IMG/VR virus record: IMGVR_UViG_3300027996_002186
Coordinates: 124,001-188,000 of that record
Length of the DNA: 64,000 nucleotides
Strand: one strand, 5' to 3'
Positions 9,281 through 19,226 of the stretch are shown here, piece by piece. The notes beneath the pieces are model-generated. The model searched no databases. It saw only the letters and a list, made by a program, of their open reading frames with translations, and was not told where the DNA came from. Each line of letters opens with the position of its first letter. Within the stretch, counting starts at the first letter, position 1. The position numbers and the translations under genes are program-made.

Positions 9281-11184
9281 TACATTTTTATGAAATCTAT
9301 TTGTTTCTTTTCTAAATCAACACCATTAACTATGATAGTTATCTCATCACCTAATCTGATTCTATCCCCAACATCATTAAAGATTTGATAGTTTTGTGTG
9401 TCTATATTATAATTACCTTCTAAAGATTGGTATCTTATCATACCCTCACATTTACTTTCTGTTAATTCAACATATAATCCCCAATCAGTTACACCAGAAA
9501 CTATCCCAGTGAATACTTTCCCAATTTTATCTAAAAGATATTCGGCTTGTTTGTATTTTATAGAATCTCTTTGGGCTCTGGATGCTATCAATTCTCTACT
9601 TGAACACCATTTAGCCTCATCTTCAACTTTAGTAGGGTTTCCTTGTTTCTTATTATGTAAGAAATCAAGTAACATTCTATGTGTCATTAAATCCGGATAC
9701 CTACGTATTGGACTTGTGAAGTGTGAATAGTGTGTGAATCCTAATCCATAATGTCCTATGTTTTGTATTGTGTATGTTGCTTTAGACATACATCTAGTTA
9801 CAACCGTACTTAACATATTTTCTTCTGGTGTTCCTTTAACATCTTGTAATAACTTGTTTATAGATTTTTTAAGATCTTCAGATTCGCCTTCTATTTTGAA
9901 TTCGTGACCAAAAGTCTTACACACATTTGATAATGCTGTTAACTTCTCCATATTAGGAGTATCATGTACTCTAAATACATTAGTTCTCGAATTACTTGAT
10001 AATAGTTTAGCAACAGATTTATTAGCTAGTAACATAAATTCTTCAATTAATTTATTAGCTTCTTTCTGTTCTTTGAAATAAACACCAATTGGTTTCTTAT
10101 TATCCTCTGCTAATTCGAATCGAACTTCCACACCACCCATCTCTAATGAACCGTCTTTAATTCTTTTCTTTCTTATTTTCTTAGCTAATGTGTTTAGATG
10201 ATTAATCATCAATGGATAAACACTACCATCACCTGTGTATTTTTCATCATTACCCTCGATTATCTCTTGAGCATCCTCATAAGCAAATCTCATATCAGAA
10301 TGTATGACTGTTTTACCGTGCCATTCTTTAACAATTTTACCATCCGAGTCTAGTGTAAATACAACTGAAAATGCTAACCTATCTTCATTAGGTTTTAATG
10401 AACATATTCCATTACTAAGTCTTTCTGGTAACATAGATACACATCTATCAACTAGATACACAGATGTTGCTCTTTCATAAGCTTCATCATCTAATTTAGT
10501 ACCAGGTTTAACATAGTGTCCAACATCAGCAATATGTACTCCTACTTCAAATCTATTATCATTCATTACTTTAAGTGATAATGCGTCATCAAAATCACGA
10601 GCATCTACTGGGTCGATTGTTATTGTTGTTGTATCTCTCATATCTCTACGAGATTTTATTTCCTTTTCGGTTATTACTTCTGGTGTGAGTTCTGATTCGT
10701 TTATAACATCTTGTGGAAAATCAACTGGTAATCCATATTCATACATTATCGAATTCATCTCAGCGTTATTATCACCAACATCTCCTAATATCTTAGTTAT
10801 CTTAGCTTGTGGGGATTTACTATCTACCCACTTTGTGAGTTCGACTATAACCTTTTGGTTATCTTCCGATTTTAATCCACCCTTGATATAGAAATCAACT
10901 GGTATTCTTTTATTATCTGCTATAACAAATGTTGATTTACCATTAATATGTACCTTACCAACGAATTCTTTCTTATTCCTTGATATTGTGTTAATTACTT
11001 TAGCTTCTAATTTCCTATCACCCCTAAATACTTCTACAATTACTTTATCTAAGTGTAAAGCATTTTTAGTATTCTTCTTATAAATGAAAATTGATTTATC
11101 GTTTATTGTGATTGTTGCGTGTCTGTTTGTTGAGAACTCTATTTGACCTTCGTAACGTTCTCCTTCTTTTATATTATTATTCAT
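9280..11184 (-). CDS. rnr: Ribonuclease R (RNB family, S1 C-terminus; N-terminal HTH absent)
   Basis: TIDPVDARDFDDALS, ATSVYLVDR..MLPE.LSN..CSL, LIEEFMLLAN, HFTSPIRRYPD. Frame is open to 11244; likely start MNNNIK at 11184. Confidence 0.95.
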   Translation of the reverse strand: MNNNIKEGERYEGQIEFSTNRHATITINDKSIFIYKKNTKNALHLDKVIVEVFRGDRKLEAKVINTISRNKKEFVGKVHINGKSTFVIADNKRIPVDFYIKGGLKSEDNQKVIVELTKWVDSKSPQAKITKILGDVGDNNAEMNSIMYEYGLPVDFPQDVINESELTPEVITEKEIKSRRDMRDTTTITIDPVDARDFDDALSLKVMNDNRFEVGVHIADVGHYVKPGTKLDDEAYERATSVYLVDRCVSMLPERLSNGICSLKPNEDRLAFSVVFTLDSDGKIVKEWHGKTVIHSDMRFAYEDAQEIIEGNDEKYTGDGSVYPLMINHLNTLAKKIRKKRIKDGSLEMGGVEVRFELAEDNKKPIGVYFKEQKEANKLIEEFMLLANKSVAKLLSSNSRTNVFRVHDTPNMEKLTALSNVCKTFGHEFKIEGESEDLKKSINKLLQDVKGTPEENMLSTVVTRCMSKATYTIQNIGHYGLGFTHYSHFTSPIRRYPDLMTHRMLLDFLHNKKQGNPTKVEDEAKWCSSRELIASRAQRDSIKYKQAEYLLDKIGKVFTGIVSGVTDWGLYVELTESKCEGMIRYQSLEGNYNIDTQNYQIFNDVGDRIRLGDEITIIVNGVDLEKKQIDFIKM

Positions 11185-11194
11185 ATTCCTTTTA

Positions 11195-11596
11195 TTAGGA
11201 AATATCGTTTTGTTTATTATCGCGTTTGGATATGTTGTCAACACCGTACTTATCTATAAGTGTTTTTTTCATTTTTTTCAATATTTTATTGTTTTGTATT
11301 GGATAGTCAACACCGTAATTTTCTCTTAATGATTTTTTCCTTTTTGATTCTGAGCATTTTCTACAAGAGTATTCACCCCAGTTATTATCATATTTAATAT
11401 AGTTCTTGAATATTACATCCTTTTCGATTCCACATTTATCACACTTACACTTTATTTTATAGTGGGATCCTTTGGATAGTAATTCAACTGGTATTATTAA
11501 TAATTCACCAATTGTAACATCACTATATCCTAGATTTTCATAGTATGAATAGTTTGCTTCGCTTATTTTAACTTTTATCTCTCTAGTTATTATCAT
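11195..11596 (-). CDS. Zn-binding protein with YGVD repeats typical of phage homing-endonuclease N-termini, no nuclease domain
   Basis: CKCDKC, CRKC, ENYGVDYP, DKYGVDNIS. Confidence 0.5.
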   Translation of the reverse strand: MIITREIKVKISEANYSYYENLGYSDVTIGELLIIPVELLSKGSHYKIKCKCDKCGIEKDVIFKNYIKYDNNWGEYSCRKCSESKRKKSLRENYGVDYPIQNNKILKKMKKTLIDKYGVDNISKRDNKQNDIS

Positions 11597-11686
11597 AAAA
11601 AACCTCAAAATTTTAATTATTTATTAAATATGTGTTGTCCTCTTCCCGTACTCACCAAACCTTCTTTAATAAAAGATTATAGAGCC

Positions 11687-11739
11687 TCTGTAAAGAATCC
11701 ACCTTTGTTATTTTTAGAATTTACATTGTCAATATATAC
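11687..11739 (+). promoter_or_regulatory. Strong late promoter with upstream box TCTGTAAAGAATCCACCTT and TATATAC core
   Basis: The 19-nt box is identical to 13910-13928; AATCCA lies 37 nt upstream of TATATAC. Confidence 0.7.
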
Positions 11740-11765
11740 TAAGAAGCAAAAAATAATTATTTTAC

Positions 11766-13907
11766 ATGAAACCGGTTTTAATAGTAGAAAATTCACAAAA
11801 CCAACTTATTAGAGAGAGTAACTCTGCTAATAAGGGGTACACATTAGGTGGTACATTCACCGAATTCGGTGTCAAGAACAGAAATGAACGTATTTATTCG
11901 GCTGATAAATTTTTACCAGCATTGAATGAAATGAATGAACGTATAAGTGGCTTAGGTGCTGTTTATGGTGAATTCGATCATCCAGACGTTTTTGACACAT
12001 CACTCTCAAGAGCCTCGCATATTATCACAAAGGCAAGTTATATCCAAGAGAAAAATATCGTAGCGGGAGAGATTAAATTACTAAGTACTTACTGGGGTAA
12101 GGAAGCAAAAGCACTTGTCGATGACGGGTGTCCTGTATTCGTTTCTTCAAGAGCTGCTGGTATTACTGAATCTGATGGTTCAGTTTCCCTTAAAAAATTA
12201 TTTACTTATGACATTGTTGCTGACCCAGGATTTGCGTCAGCTAAAATGGATGTTAAGGTACTTAATGAGTCATTGGGATATAATGACGAAAAATCTAACT
12301 TTAGGATATATGAAATGTCCGATGAGTCAAAAATAAATGAGTTATTCAATATGAACAAAAATGAGTTTGTAACAAAAAAACAATTGACTGACTACTCTAA
12401 CTACTTAGTTAACGAATTAGCATCAACTAAGAAGACAGTTAATACAGCCATTACTAAAGGTAATGTAGCTCCAAAGAAATTGGAACAATTATTAGAGTAT
12501 TATGAAGAGTTAAACAACTCTAATTCAAAAGTAGCTAAGTATCTTGATTATTTATCAGAAAAGGTACAAATAGTAGTTAATGAGAATAAATCATTAAAGA
12601 AGACAACTGAGAAATTAGTTAAACATAATGATTATTTAGCAGAAAACTTAGAGAAATCTATTAATTACGCTGAGTATTTAGGTGAAAACTTAGATAAGAA
12701 CATTGATTATTCTGAGTATTTAGCTGAGAATTTAGACAAGAACATATCTTATGCTGAGTATTTAGCTGAGAATGTTGATAAAAACATTTCATATTCTGAG
12801 TATTTAGCTGAGAGTTTAGATAAGAACATTGCTTATTCTGAATATATCGCTGAGAATTTAGACAAAAACATCGCTTATTCTGAGTATATCGCTGAGAATT
12901 TAGACAAAAACATTGCTTACTCTGAGTATATCGCAGAAAACGTTGATAATAATATCGCTTATTCTGAATACTTATCTGAGCATGTTGAAGGTAACATTGC
13001 TTACTCTGAGTATATCGCAGAACATTTAGATGATAACATCGCTTATTCTGAGTATGTAGCAGAGAATCTTGACAAATCAATTAATTATCAAGGATTGATA
13101 GTTGAGAGATTAAACGGAGATAAATTATTTGAATCTGTTGAAGGATCTGAAAGCTTCCCATCTCTAGACGATGCTGGTTTTGAAGCTTTTGATGATGAAG
13201 AAAACAAAGATGAAGAAAATTGTAATCTTGAAGTATCATTAGATAATAATGATGAAGAAAATGGTGTTGAAGAATCTGTTGAGAATACAGATGATTACGC
13301 AACAGAAGAAAACAAAGATGAAGAAAATAAAGATGAAGAAAACAAAGAAGATAAAACTGAAAGCCATGATATGGTAAACGGTGATAGTGATTCTGAATTA
13401 TCTGAATCTATTGATAAACTAATTGAAGAAGCTAAAAAACGAAAAGTTTCTGAAACAACAGATGTGAATTTCTTGAAGTTCATGTCTAAATCACAAGTTG
13501 ACAGCTTTTACGCTTTGTCAAATGACGAACAAGAGTCAGTTAAAGTCCATATAAACGAAAGAGACTACTTTACTCAAAAAGATGTTTTGTTATTGATATC
13601 TGAAGCACTATCAACTAAGAACGAATCTCTTGAAGAGAGAATAATCAGATTGATGCCTGAAAACACAAAGCCAATCTGGGAACAATTAAACGACACTTCT
13701 AAGAAATCTATCTTGTCACAAGCTAGATTATATCCAGAAGACGTTTTAACTACTGAGGCACAAGTTGAACATTTTTGGTCAACTAGAAAGCTAAAGACAA
13801 ATGAGTCTGTAACAAAGAAACTTGTATCACATGAAAGCCTTATCCAAGAAGATAAACTTTCAGATAATGATGTTCAAGCGATAATGGAAAGATTCAAAAA
13901 TATTTAA
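11766..13907 (+). CDS. gp21: Prohead core protease (gp21-like) fused to scaffold protein (gp22-like)
   Basis: GVKNRNERIY, YGEFDHP, VSSRAAG, TYDIVADPGF, then coiled-coil 14-aa repeats and an acidic region; directly upstream of the MCP. Confidence 0.88.
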   Translation: MKPVLIVENSQNQLIRESNSANKGYTLGGTFTEFGVKNRNERIYSADKFLPALNEMNERISGLGAVYGEFDHPDVFDTSLSRASHIITKASYIQEKNIVAGEIKLLSTYWGKEAKALVDDGCPVFVSSRAAGITESDGSVSLKKLFTYDIVADPGFASAKMDVKVLNESLGYNDEKSNFRIYEMSDESKINELFNMNKNEFVTKKQLTDYSNYLVNELASTKKTVNTAITKGNVAPKKLEQLLEYYEELNNSNSKVAKYLDYLSEKVQIVVNENKSLKKTTEKLVKHNDYLAENLEKSINYAEYLGENLDKNIDYSEYLAENLDKNISYAEYLAENVDKNISYSEYLAESLDKNIAYSEYIAENLDKNIAYSEYIAENLDKNIAYSEYIAENVDNNIAYSEYLSEHVEGNIAYSEYIAEHLDDNIAYSEYVAENLDKSINYQGLIVERLNGDKLFESVEGSESFPSLDDAGFEAFDDEENKDEENCNLEVSLDNNDEENGVEESVENTDDYATEENKDEENKDEENKEDKTESHDMVNGDSDSELSESIDKLIEEAKKRKVSETTDVNFLKFMSKSQVDSFYALSNDEQESVKVHINERDYFTQKDVLLLISEALSTKNESLEERIIRLMPENTKPIWEQLNDTSKKSILSQARLYPEDVLTTEAQVEHFWSTRKLKTNESVTKKLVSHESLIQEDKLSDNDVQAIMERFKNI
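12627..13088 (+). repeat. 11 tandem 42-nt coding repeats (SEYIAENLDKNIAY consensus)
   Basis: 462 nt = 11 x 42, in frame, synonymous variation, no spacers. Confidence 0.92.
13305..13349 (+). repeat. 3 x 15-nt coding repeat (EENKD)
   Basis: gaagaaaa(c/t)aaagat units. Confidence 0.8.
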
Positions 13908-13909
13908 TG

Positions 13910-13962
13910 TCTGTAAAGAATCCACCTTGGTAAAAATCAAGAATTTGTGGGTTTATATATAC
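13910..13962 (+). promoter_or_regulatory. Strong late promoter of the MCP with upstream box
   Basis: TCTGTAAAGAATCCACCTT; AATCCA 13919 to TATATAC 13956 = 37 nt. Confidence 0.7.
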
Positions 13963-13992
13963 ATTAATTAAAAAAAATAAAAAAAGAAAATT

Positions 13993-15723
13993 ATGTCACA
14001 CATTAGAATAGACAAACAAAAAGCTATGAAGAAATGGTCTCCAGTATTAGAGAACATGGGAGTTGCTGGTGAAGATAGATTGGATTGGATGTCAGAATAT
14101 GCTGAATTTCACTCAATCAATGAAAACGCTTACGCAAACGCTTCAAACGTATCGGGTATGGGAGCTGTAGTAGCTGCACAACCTAATTCATTAGCTGGTA
14201 ACACAATTGGCAATTACGCTGACTCAACTGGTTCAGGTGATGTTGGTCAAAACCTTTTACCGGTAGCGATGAAAATAGCAGCTCAAACAATCGGTTTAGA
14301 TTTAGTAGCTGTTAAACCTTCTCCAGGTCCAAAAATTGATTTATTATATATCGACTTTAGATATGATGATGCTCATTTAGGAGATTCAGACGAAAGACCA
14401 CAAGTCTTTAAGATTGCACCAAACGCTACATTTTTAACTACTGGTGCTGGTGGTATGACAGCAGTTATCGCTGGATTAAGAGCTCAATTAGCTACGAATA
14501 CAATCACTGAAACAGTTGGTGGTTTAACTGGTAGAATGTGGAATGATATCACAGATGGTTCAGATGTAGTTGTAGAACCAACACCTTCAAAAGAAGGAAA
14601 AGTTGAATTTTTAGGATTCTCTAGAATTGATGGTTATCCAATGTTCAGAGCTTACAGACAGATGAATACATCTCACACAGATGTTGGTTCAGCTCAAGCA
14701 AACTGGGGATTTGACCCGACTAGAAACACATTTAGTCCTACAATGTCAATGGCTTCTCAAATTACTGATTTAGGAGATGTTACTTTAACTGATGAGCCTA
14801 CTATTGAATTAGTATCAGCTCTTGAAGATCACATTCCTGGTTTCTCTGCAAACTGGATGTCGGATGCTACTGGCCCTGCTGGTAACTATCCAATGGATAG
14901 AGAAATGGACGATAAAAGATACTCTGGTATCATCGGACCAAAAATTAGTTCTAAAACAGTTGCCGTAGGTACTATTGAAGTATCTTCAGCTCTTAGAAGA
15001 ACTGAAATTGAAGATATCAAAGCTAACACTGGTATGGATATCGTTCAAAAAATGGAGTCAATTCTTGTTAATGAATTATCTCAAACAATCTCTAAGCAAA
15101 TTGTTGCTAAGATATTTGAAATGGGTTCACTTAACAGATTATCTGCACCAGCTTATGTTGGAACAGCACCGGCACCATTAGCGGGACAAACAATCTTTGA
15201 CTTAAACACAGCTTATGCAACTGTTGCTGCTGGTAATGGAAACGTTGGTGGTGAAACTACACACGCTGTTCAAAGAAAGCTTGTAACTAAGATAGCTCAC
15301 GCTTCTAACTACATCGCTACAGAGGGACGTGTTGGTCCAGCTCAATACCTTATTACAAATGGGGGATTAGCAGCAGCACTTTCTGATATCTCTGGTTATA
15401 CAATTAACCCAGTGAAATCAAAAATCAATGGTCAAGGTCAATTATACCCAGTAGGTTCAATTGGAGATATTTCAATATATGTTGATCCATATATGAGATA
15501 TAACGACAATAGAATTGCTCTTGGTAGAAAGAACAATCCAGATCAACCAGGTATTATTTTTGTACCTTACTTAATGGCTCAGTCTATATCTGTAATTTCT
15601 GAAGCGACTTTCGCTCCTAGAATGTTACTAAGATCTAGATACGCTGTAACAGAAGTTGGTTGGTTCCCACAAAAACAATTTATGACTATCGAAGTTACAG
15701 ATGTGAATACACTTCTTAACTAA
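13993..15723 (+). CDS. gp23: Major capsid protein (T4 gp23-like)
   Basis: KKWSPVLE, IAAQTIGLDLVAVKP, ILVNELSQTISKQIV, IYVDPY, FVPY, TFAPRMLLRSRYA; follows protease/scaffold. Confidence 0.92.
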   Translation: MSHIRIDKQKAMKKWSPVLENMGVAGEDRLDWMSEYAEFHSINENAYANASNVSGMGAVVAAQPNSLAGNTIGNYADSTGSGDVGQNLLPVAMKIAAQTIGLDLVAVKPSPGPKIDLLYIDFRYDDAHLGDSDERPQVFKIAPNATFLTTGAGGMTAVIAGLRAQLATNTITETVGGLTGRMWNDITDGSDVVVEPTPSKEGKVEFLGFSRIDGYPMFRAYRQMNTSHTDVGSAQANWGFDPTRNTFSPTMSMASQITDLGDVTLTDEPTIELVSALEDHIPGFSANWMSDATGPAGNYPMDREMDDKRYSGIIGPKISSKTVAVGTIEVSSALRRTEIEDIKANTGMDIVQKMESILVNELSQTISKQIVAKIFEMGSLNRLSAPAYVGTAPAPLAGQTIFDLNTAYATVAAGNGNVGGETTHAVQRKLVTKIAHASNYIATEGRVGPAQYLITNGGLAAALSDISGYTINPVKSKINGQGQLYPVGSIGDISIYVDPYMRYNDNRIALGRKNNPDQPGIIFVPYLMAQSISVISEATFAPRMLLRSRYAVTEVGWFPQKQFMTIEVTDVNTLLN

Positions 15724-15743
15724 ATAGTTAAATTGAAAATACC

Positions 15744-15772
15744 GAAAAAAGACTCCTTGTGGGTCTTTTTTC
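15744..15772 (+). terminator. Intrinsic terminator after the MCP
   Basis: gaaaaaagac/gtcttttttc stem. Confidence 0.8.
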
Positions 15773-15797
15773 TTTTTAAATAATTTATATATACACT

Positions 15798-16187
15798 ATG
15801 ATTAAAAAGTATAATTATTTCTTTGAGTCTAAGAAGACTAAGTTCCCTAATATTAAGAAAGTTGAAGTAGAAGGATTCTTTATTCATATAGGTAGAGACT
15901 CCAAATCTAACGACCACTTAACATTTAACGTTGCTGATGATAAAGACATCTGGATGCACGCTAAGGGTGTTCCTGGGAGTCATGTTATTATAAGAGTTAG
16001 AGAAAACTTACCAACTCAAGAAATACTAAGATATGTTGCTGAATTAGCTAAAAAGAATAGTAAAGCTAGTAAAGAAGATAATGTAACTGTTGTTTATTGC
16101 CAAAGAAAATTTGTTAAGAAAGAAAGTGGTATGAATGAGGGTCAAGTAAGAGTTGATTATATCAATGCCTACGAAATCGTAGTTTGA
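15798..16187 (+). CDS. NFACT-R (DUF814-type) RNA-binding domain protein with CTS-like N-terminus
   Basis: IGRDSKSNDHLTF...DIWMHAKGVPGSHVII...VVYCQRKFVKK...GQV; N-terminus MIKKYNYFFES. Confidence 0.85.
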   Translation: MIKKYNYFFESKKTKFPNIKKVEVEGFFIHIGRDSKSNDHLTFNVADDKDIWMHAKGVPGSHVIIRVRENLPTQEILRYVAELAKKNSKASKEDNVTVVYCQRKFVKKESGMNEGQVRVDYINAYEIVV

Positions 16188-16190
16188 TAT

Positions 16191-16200
16191 TTAATATATA
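16191..16200 (+). promoter_or_regulatory. Putative late promoter core TTAATATATA
   Basis: 24 nt upstream of ATG 16225. Confidence 0.55.
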
Positions 16201-16224
16201 AGATTAATAAAATAAATTTTTATA

Positions 16225-17580
16225 ATGGCAGGAGAAACTAAAAGAGTAAAATTTTCGGATAAATTACTAAAGATACTTAAAAGTATGGAGGATAATAATA
16301 GTTATCTAGCTTTTGAACTTCTTTGGATGAATGATCCAACTGCAAAATATCATAATGGCCTTAATATAACAAATGTTGATTGTGGTACAGATAAATCATC
16401 AGATTTTAATTTCACTGTTGTTATTGGTGGTAAGAAAAATATAATGAAAATTGGTAAATTCATTAGATATTACTTTTCTAATCTATTTAGTAGTGATGAG
16501 ATAACAAAATTTGCTCATGCTTTCAATAGAGTGAAGAATGGTGGTAAGGCTGAACAATCTGGTAAAAAAGTTGAAATACCTGAGTTTAGTTATAATCCAA
16601 AAGACCCTAGGTCTACATTCTTATCACTTGTTACAGAAACATACCCACACCCACATGAGGAGAAAGTTATGAAATACTTACCAAAAGACTTAGATAAAGA
16701 TGAATTTGGTAATTATTATAAAGTGATTCCTGGTGATGATACTACAATGTTTAGTTCTCACCTTGATACGGCTGATAGAAGTCCAGTTCCTACTAACCTA
16801 TTCACTAAAGAGGTAGATGGGGATGAGATAATCTATACTGATGGTAGTACAATATTAGGGGCTGATGATAAGTCTGGAGTTACTGTTATGATGTATATGA
16901 TGGTTCATAATATCCCAGGTATTTATTATTTCTTTATTGGTGAAGAAAGAGGTGGTATTGGTTCTAATCAATTAGCTGATGTTTATGATAAATTTGATTT
17001 CCTAAAAAATGTTAAGAAATGTATTTCTTTTGATAGAAGAAGAACAATTTCTGTTATAACACATCAAATGGGTGGTCGTTGTTGTTCTGATGCTTTTGGT
17101 ACAGGACTTTGTAAAGAGTACAATAAACAAGGACTTAACCTTTCATTGGATAATGGTGGCGTTTATACTGATTCTGCTTCATTTATGGATATTATTCCTG
17201 AGTGTACTAATTTATCTGTTGGTTATTTAAATGAACACACAGGTAGAGAAGAACAAAACATGACATTTTTAATACAGTTGTGTAAAACTTCTATTAATGT
17301 TGATTGGGCTGGATTACCAGTTGCTAGAAAAGTAGGTTTGAACCTTGATTTAGTGCAGAAGCACAAATCTTTAATTGATGTTATAAAAAATGCAGTATTT
17401 GAATTAGAGGTGAAGATGGTTGGGTTTGAGGATAAAATATATATAAGAATAGATTTAGATGATACTAATCTAGTAACTGTTTATGATACTTTGAATATTG
17501 TACAAAACTTACTTGATAAACATAAAGTAGATAGTATGTGTATTTTTACTGAAACATATCTTAAAATAGAATTAACATAA
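16225..17580 (+). CDS. M28/M20-family Zn peptidase-like protein with N-terminal extension (paralog 1)
   Basis: SHLDT, LGADDKSG, GEERGG, SFDRR, YTDSA, NLSVGYLNEH. Confidence 0.8.
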   Translation: MAGETKRVKFSDKLLKILKSMEDNNSYLAFELLWMNDPTAKYHNGLNITNVDCGTDKSSDFNFTVVIGGKKNIMKIGKFIRYYFSNLFSSDEITKFAHAFNRVKNGGKAEQSGKKVEIPEFSYNPKDPRSTFLSLVTETYPHPHEEKVMKYLPKDLDKDEFGNYYKVIPGDDTTMFSSHLDTADRSPVPTNLFTKEVDGDEIIYTDGSTILGADDKSGVTVMMYMMVHNIPGIYYFFIGEERGGIGSNQLADVYDKFDFLKNVKKCISFDRRRTISVITHQMGGRCCSDAFGTGLCKEYNKQGLNLSLDNGGVYTDSASFMDIIPECTNLSVGYLNEHTGREEQNMTFLIQLCKTSINVDWAGLPVARKVGLNLDLVQKHKSLIDVIKNAVFELEVKMVGFEDKIYIRIDLDDTNLVTVYDTLNIVQNLLDKHKVDSMCIFTETYLKIELT

Positions 17581-17581
17581 T

Positions 17582-18076
17582 ATGAAGAATATTAAGAATT
17601 ATAAGAAGTTCCTAGAAAAGGAAAATATAAGAGAGGATGAGAACTCATATCTTAATGATGATATTAACGATCCTTGGGGTGATCCAAGTGATAGATGGTC
17701 TGATCGGTCGGATTATGATGATGAGGGTTACCAGTATCTTAATGGTGGTGAGTCTAGATCTAGTGAGGATGATAATGATGATAGAGATGATGTTCAACAT
17801 TTACTTTACTTGTTAAGAACAATGTTTAAGAACAATGGTATTGAGGTTGAAATAGAACATAAGAACTTAGATATTATGATATATTGTGTTATGAATAGAA
17901 AGGAAAGATTAAAAGATGTTATTAATGTTTTAGATGTGGCTAATAAATTGAAGAAGGATGTATTACCACAATATGATTGTGAGTTTGAGATGTGGGAAAC
18001 TAGAAAAGGTAAACCAATGTTAACCTTTAACTTCTTTTATGATGAAGGTTTGAACGATGATCGTGTTCCATTTTAA
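17582..18076 (+). CDS. Acidic hypothetical protein with CTS-like N-terminus
   Basis: MKNIKNYKKFLE. Confidence 0.7.
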   Translation: MKNIKNYKKFLEKENIREDENSYLNDDINDPWGDPSDRWSDRSDYDDEGYQYLNGGESRSSEDDNDDRDDVQHLLYLLRTMFKNNGIEVEIEHKNLDIMIYCVMNRKERLKDVINVLDVANKLKKDVLPQYDCEFEMWETRKGKPMLTFNFFYDEGLNDDRVPF

Positions 18077-18077
18077 C

Positions 18078-18129
18078 TATAAACAATCCATTTTAACAAC
18101 TTTTAAATATTTTAGTATATTATATATAC
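18078..18129 (+). promoter_or_regulatory. tmRNA promoter with upstream AAACAATCCA box and TATATAC core
   Basis: tataaacaatcca is identical to 58921-58933; AATCCA lies 38 nt upstream of TATATAC. Confidence 0.6.
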
Positions 18130-18146
18130 ATTAATTACAAACACTT

Positions 18147-18526
18147 GGGGGTGTCATAGAATAGATTCGCAGAGTAAAGGTAGTTATGCAGGTATCGGAT
18201 TGTTAAATACCCGATTAATAAATTAAATAACAAAACAGTAAACGGAAACGTAACAGAAGTAGCAAGCAAAGAAGATTTAGTATTTGCTCTACAAAACAAC
18301 CTACTTAACGTAGGGGAGTTAGTTGAAGCTTAATAGAGGAAACTCTTGAAAATTTAACAACTGATTTACACAGTTAAAAAGGTAAGACCGTTATTTGATA
18401 ATTTTTAGAAGTCTTTTCAAAAAAATTATCTAGTTTGAAAGTTTAGAAAAACTTTCTAAGCCTGTAAATGAATAATTATTGTTAACTGAGGAAGACACGA
18501 TGGGCAGTACATCGTCATCTCCACAA
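18147..18526 (+). ncRNA. ssrA: tmRNA (one-piece); tag ORF 18244-18333 GNVTEVASKEDLVFALQNNLLNVGELVEA*
   Basis: 5' GGGGGTG pairs with CATCTCC-A (G3:U wobble); T-arm cgatg-GGCAGTA-catcg; about 380 nt; internal ORF after GTAAAC ending TAA TAG. Confidence 0.9.
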
Positions 18527-18529
18527 GAG

Positions 18530-18591
18530 CCGATTGAATACTTTCAATTGGATTTTTTAACCTCACTTCCTACATGGGAGTGAGGTTTTTT
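18530..18591 (+). terminator. Two tandem hairpins/terminators after tmRNA
   Basis: ccgattgaa/ttcaattgg and aacctcacttcc/gggagtgaggtt, each followed by a T-run. Confidence 0.8.
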
Positions 18592-18624
18592 AATGCTATA
18601 GAACTATGACGTATTGTTTTTGAT

Positions 18625-18651
18625 AAACTAATCTATTATTTTAAATATAAT
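18625..18651 (+). promoter_or_regulatory. Putative middle promoter AAAC-N17-TATAAT
   Basis: Directly upstream of NADAR. Confidence 0.55.
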
Positions 18652-18655
18652 AGTT

Positions 18656-19132
18656 ATGATTAATAAATTCGAAGGTCGCTGGAGATTTCTATCAAACTTC
18701 TATCCGTGTGTGGTAGAACACCAAGGTATATCATATCCATCAAATGAACATTATTATGTTGCTATGAAAGTGACGGATGAACAATTTATTAATGGTAGAT
18801 ATTATACCGCTGGTGATTTCAGAGAAATGATAGCGACAATACCAAGTGCTGCTATTGCTAAAAAGTTAGGACAGAAAATAAAGGTTCGTAAAGATTGGGA
18901 AGTTAAGAAGATTGAATTTATGAACTGGGGTGTTAGAGAAAAATTTAATAACAACTCAACTCTTCGAGAATTATTATTATCAACTGGTGACGATGAACTA
19001 ATCGAGGGTAATTTTCATAAAGATACTTTTTGGGGAGTTTGTAATGGAAAGGGTAAAAACCATCTTGGTAAAATTCTTATGGAAGTAAGAAGAGAGTTGA
19101 GAGGTGAGAAGAGAGTTGGTCTGTTTATTTGA
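18656..19132 (+). CDS. NADAR (YbiA-like) ADP-ribosylhydrolase family protein
   Basis: FLSNFYP, YPSNEHYYVAMK, AKKLG, W..KK..FM..GVREKF, LLSTG..ELIEG...DTFWG, GKNHLGKILMEVR. Confidence 0.9.
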   Translation: MINKFEGRWRFLSNFYPCVVEHQGISYPSNEHYYVAMKVTDEQFINGRYYTAGDFREMIATIPSAAIAKKLGQKIKVRKDWEVKKIEFMNWGVREKFNNNSTLRELLLSTGDDELIEGNFHKDTFWGVCNGKGKNHLGKILMEVRRELRGEKRVGLFI

Positions 19133-19143
19133 ATAAAAAAGGG

Positions 19144-19171
19144 AAACTTTTGATAAGATTGCTTCTATAAC
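19144..19171 (+). promoter_or_regulatory. Putative middle promoter AAAC-N18-TATAAC
   Basis: Upstream of the dam operon. Confidence 0.5.
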
Positions 19172-19226
19172 TAAAAGTAAGAAAAAATATAGAAAATAAT
19201 TTCTAAAAAATATAAAACCAATAAAA

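Noticed and set aside
11630-11665. GC-richer patch upstream of 11596(-) as a structured RNA, or the 60-aa ORF 11630-11812
   Set aside because: No convincing stems or family motif; the ORF overlaps the protease promoter.
12627-13088. Regular 42-nt repeat as a CRISPR array
   Set aside because: Contiguous in-frame coding repeats with synonymous variation and no unique spacers.
18656-18690. NADAR N-terminus MINKFEG as a capsid-targeting tag
   Set aside because: It is the normal NADAR start (I..F.G...FLSNF) and the gene has a middle-type promoter.
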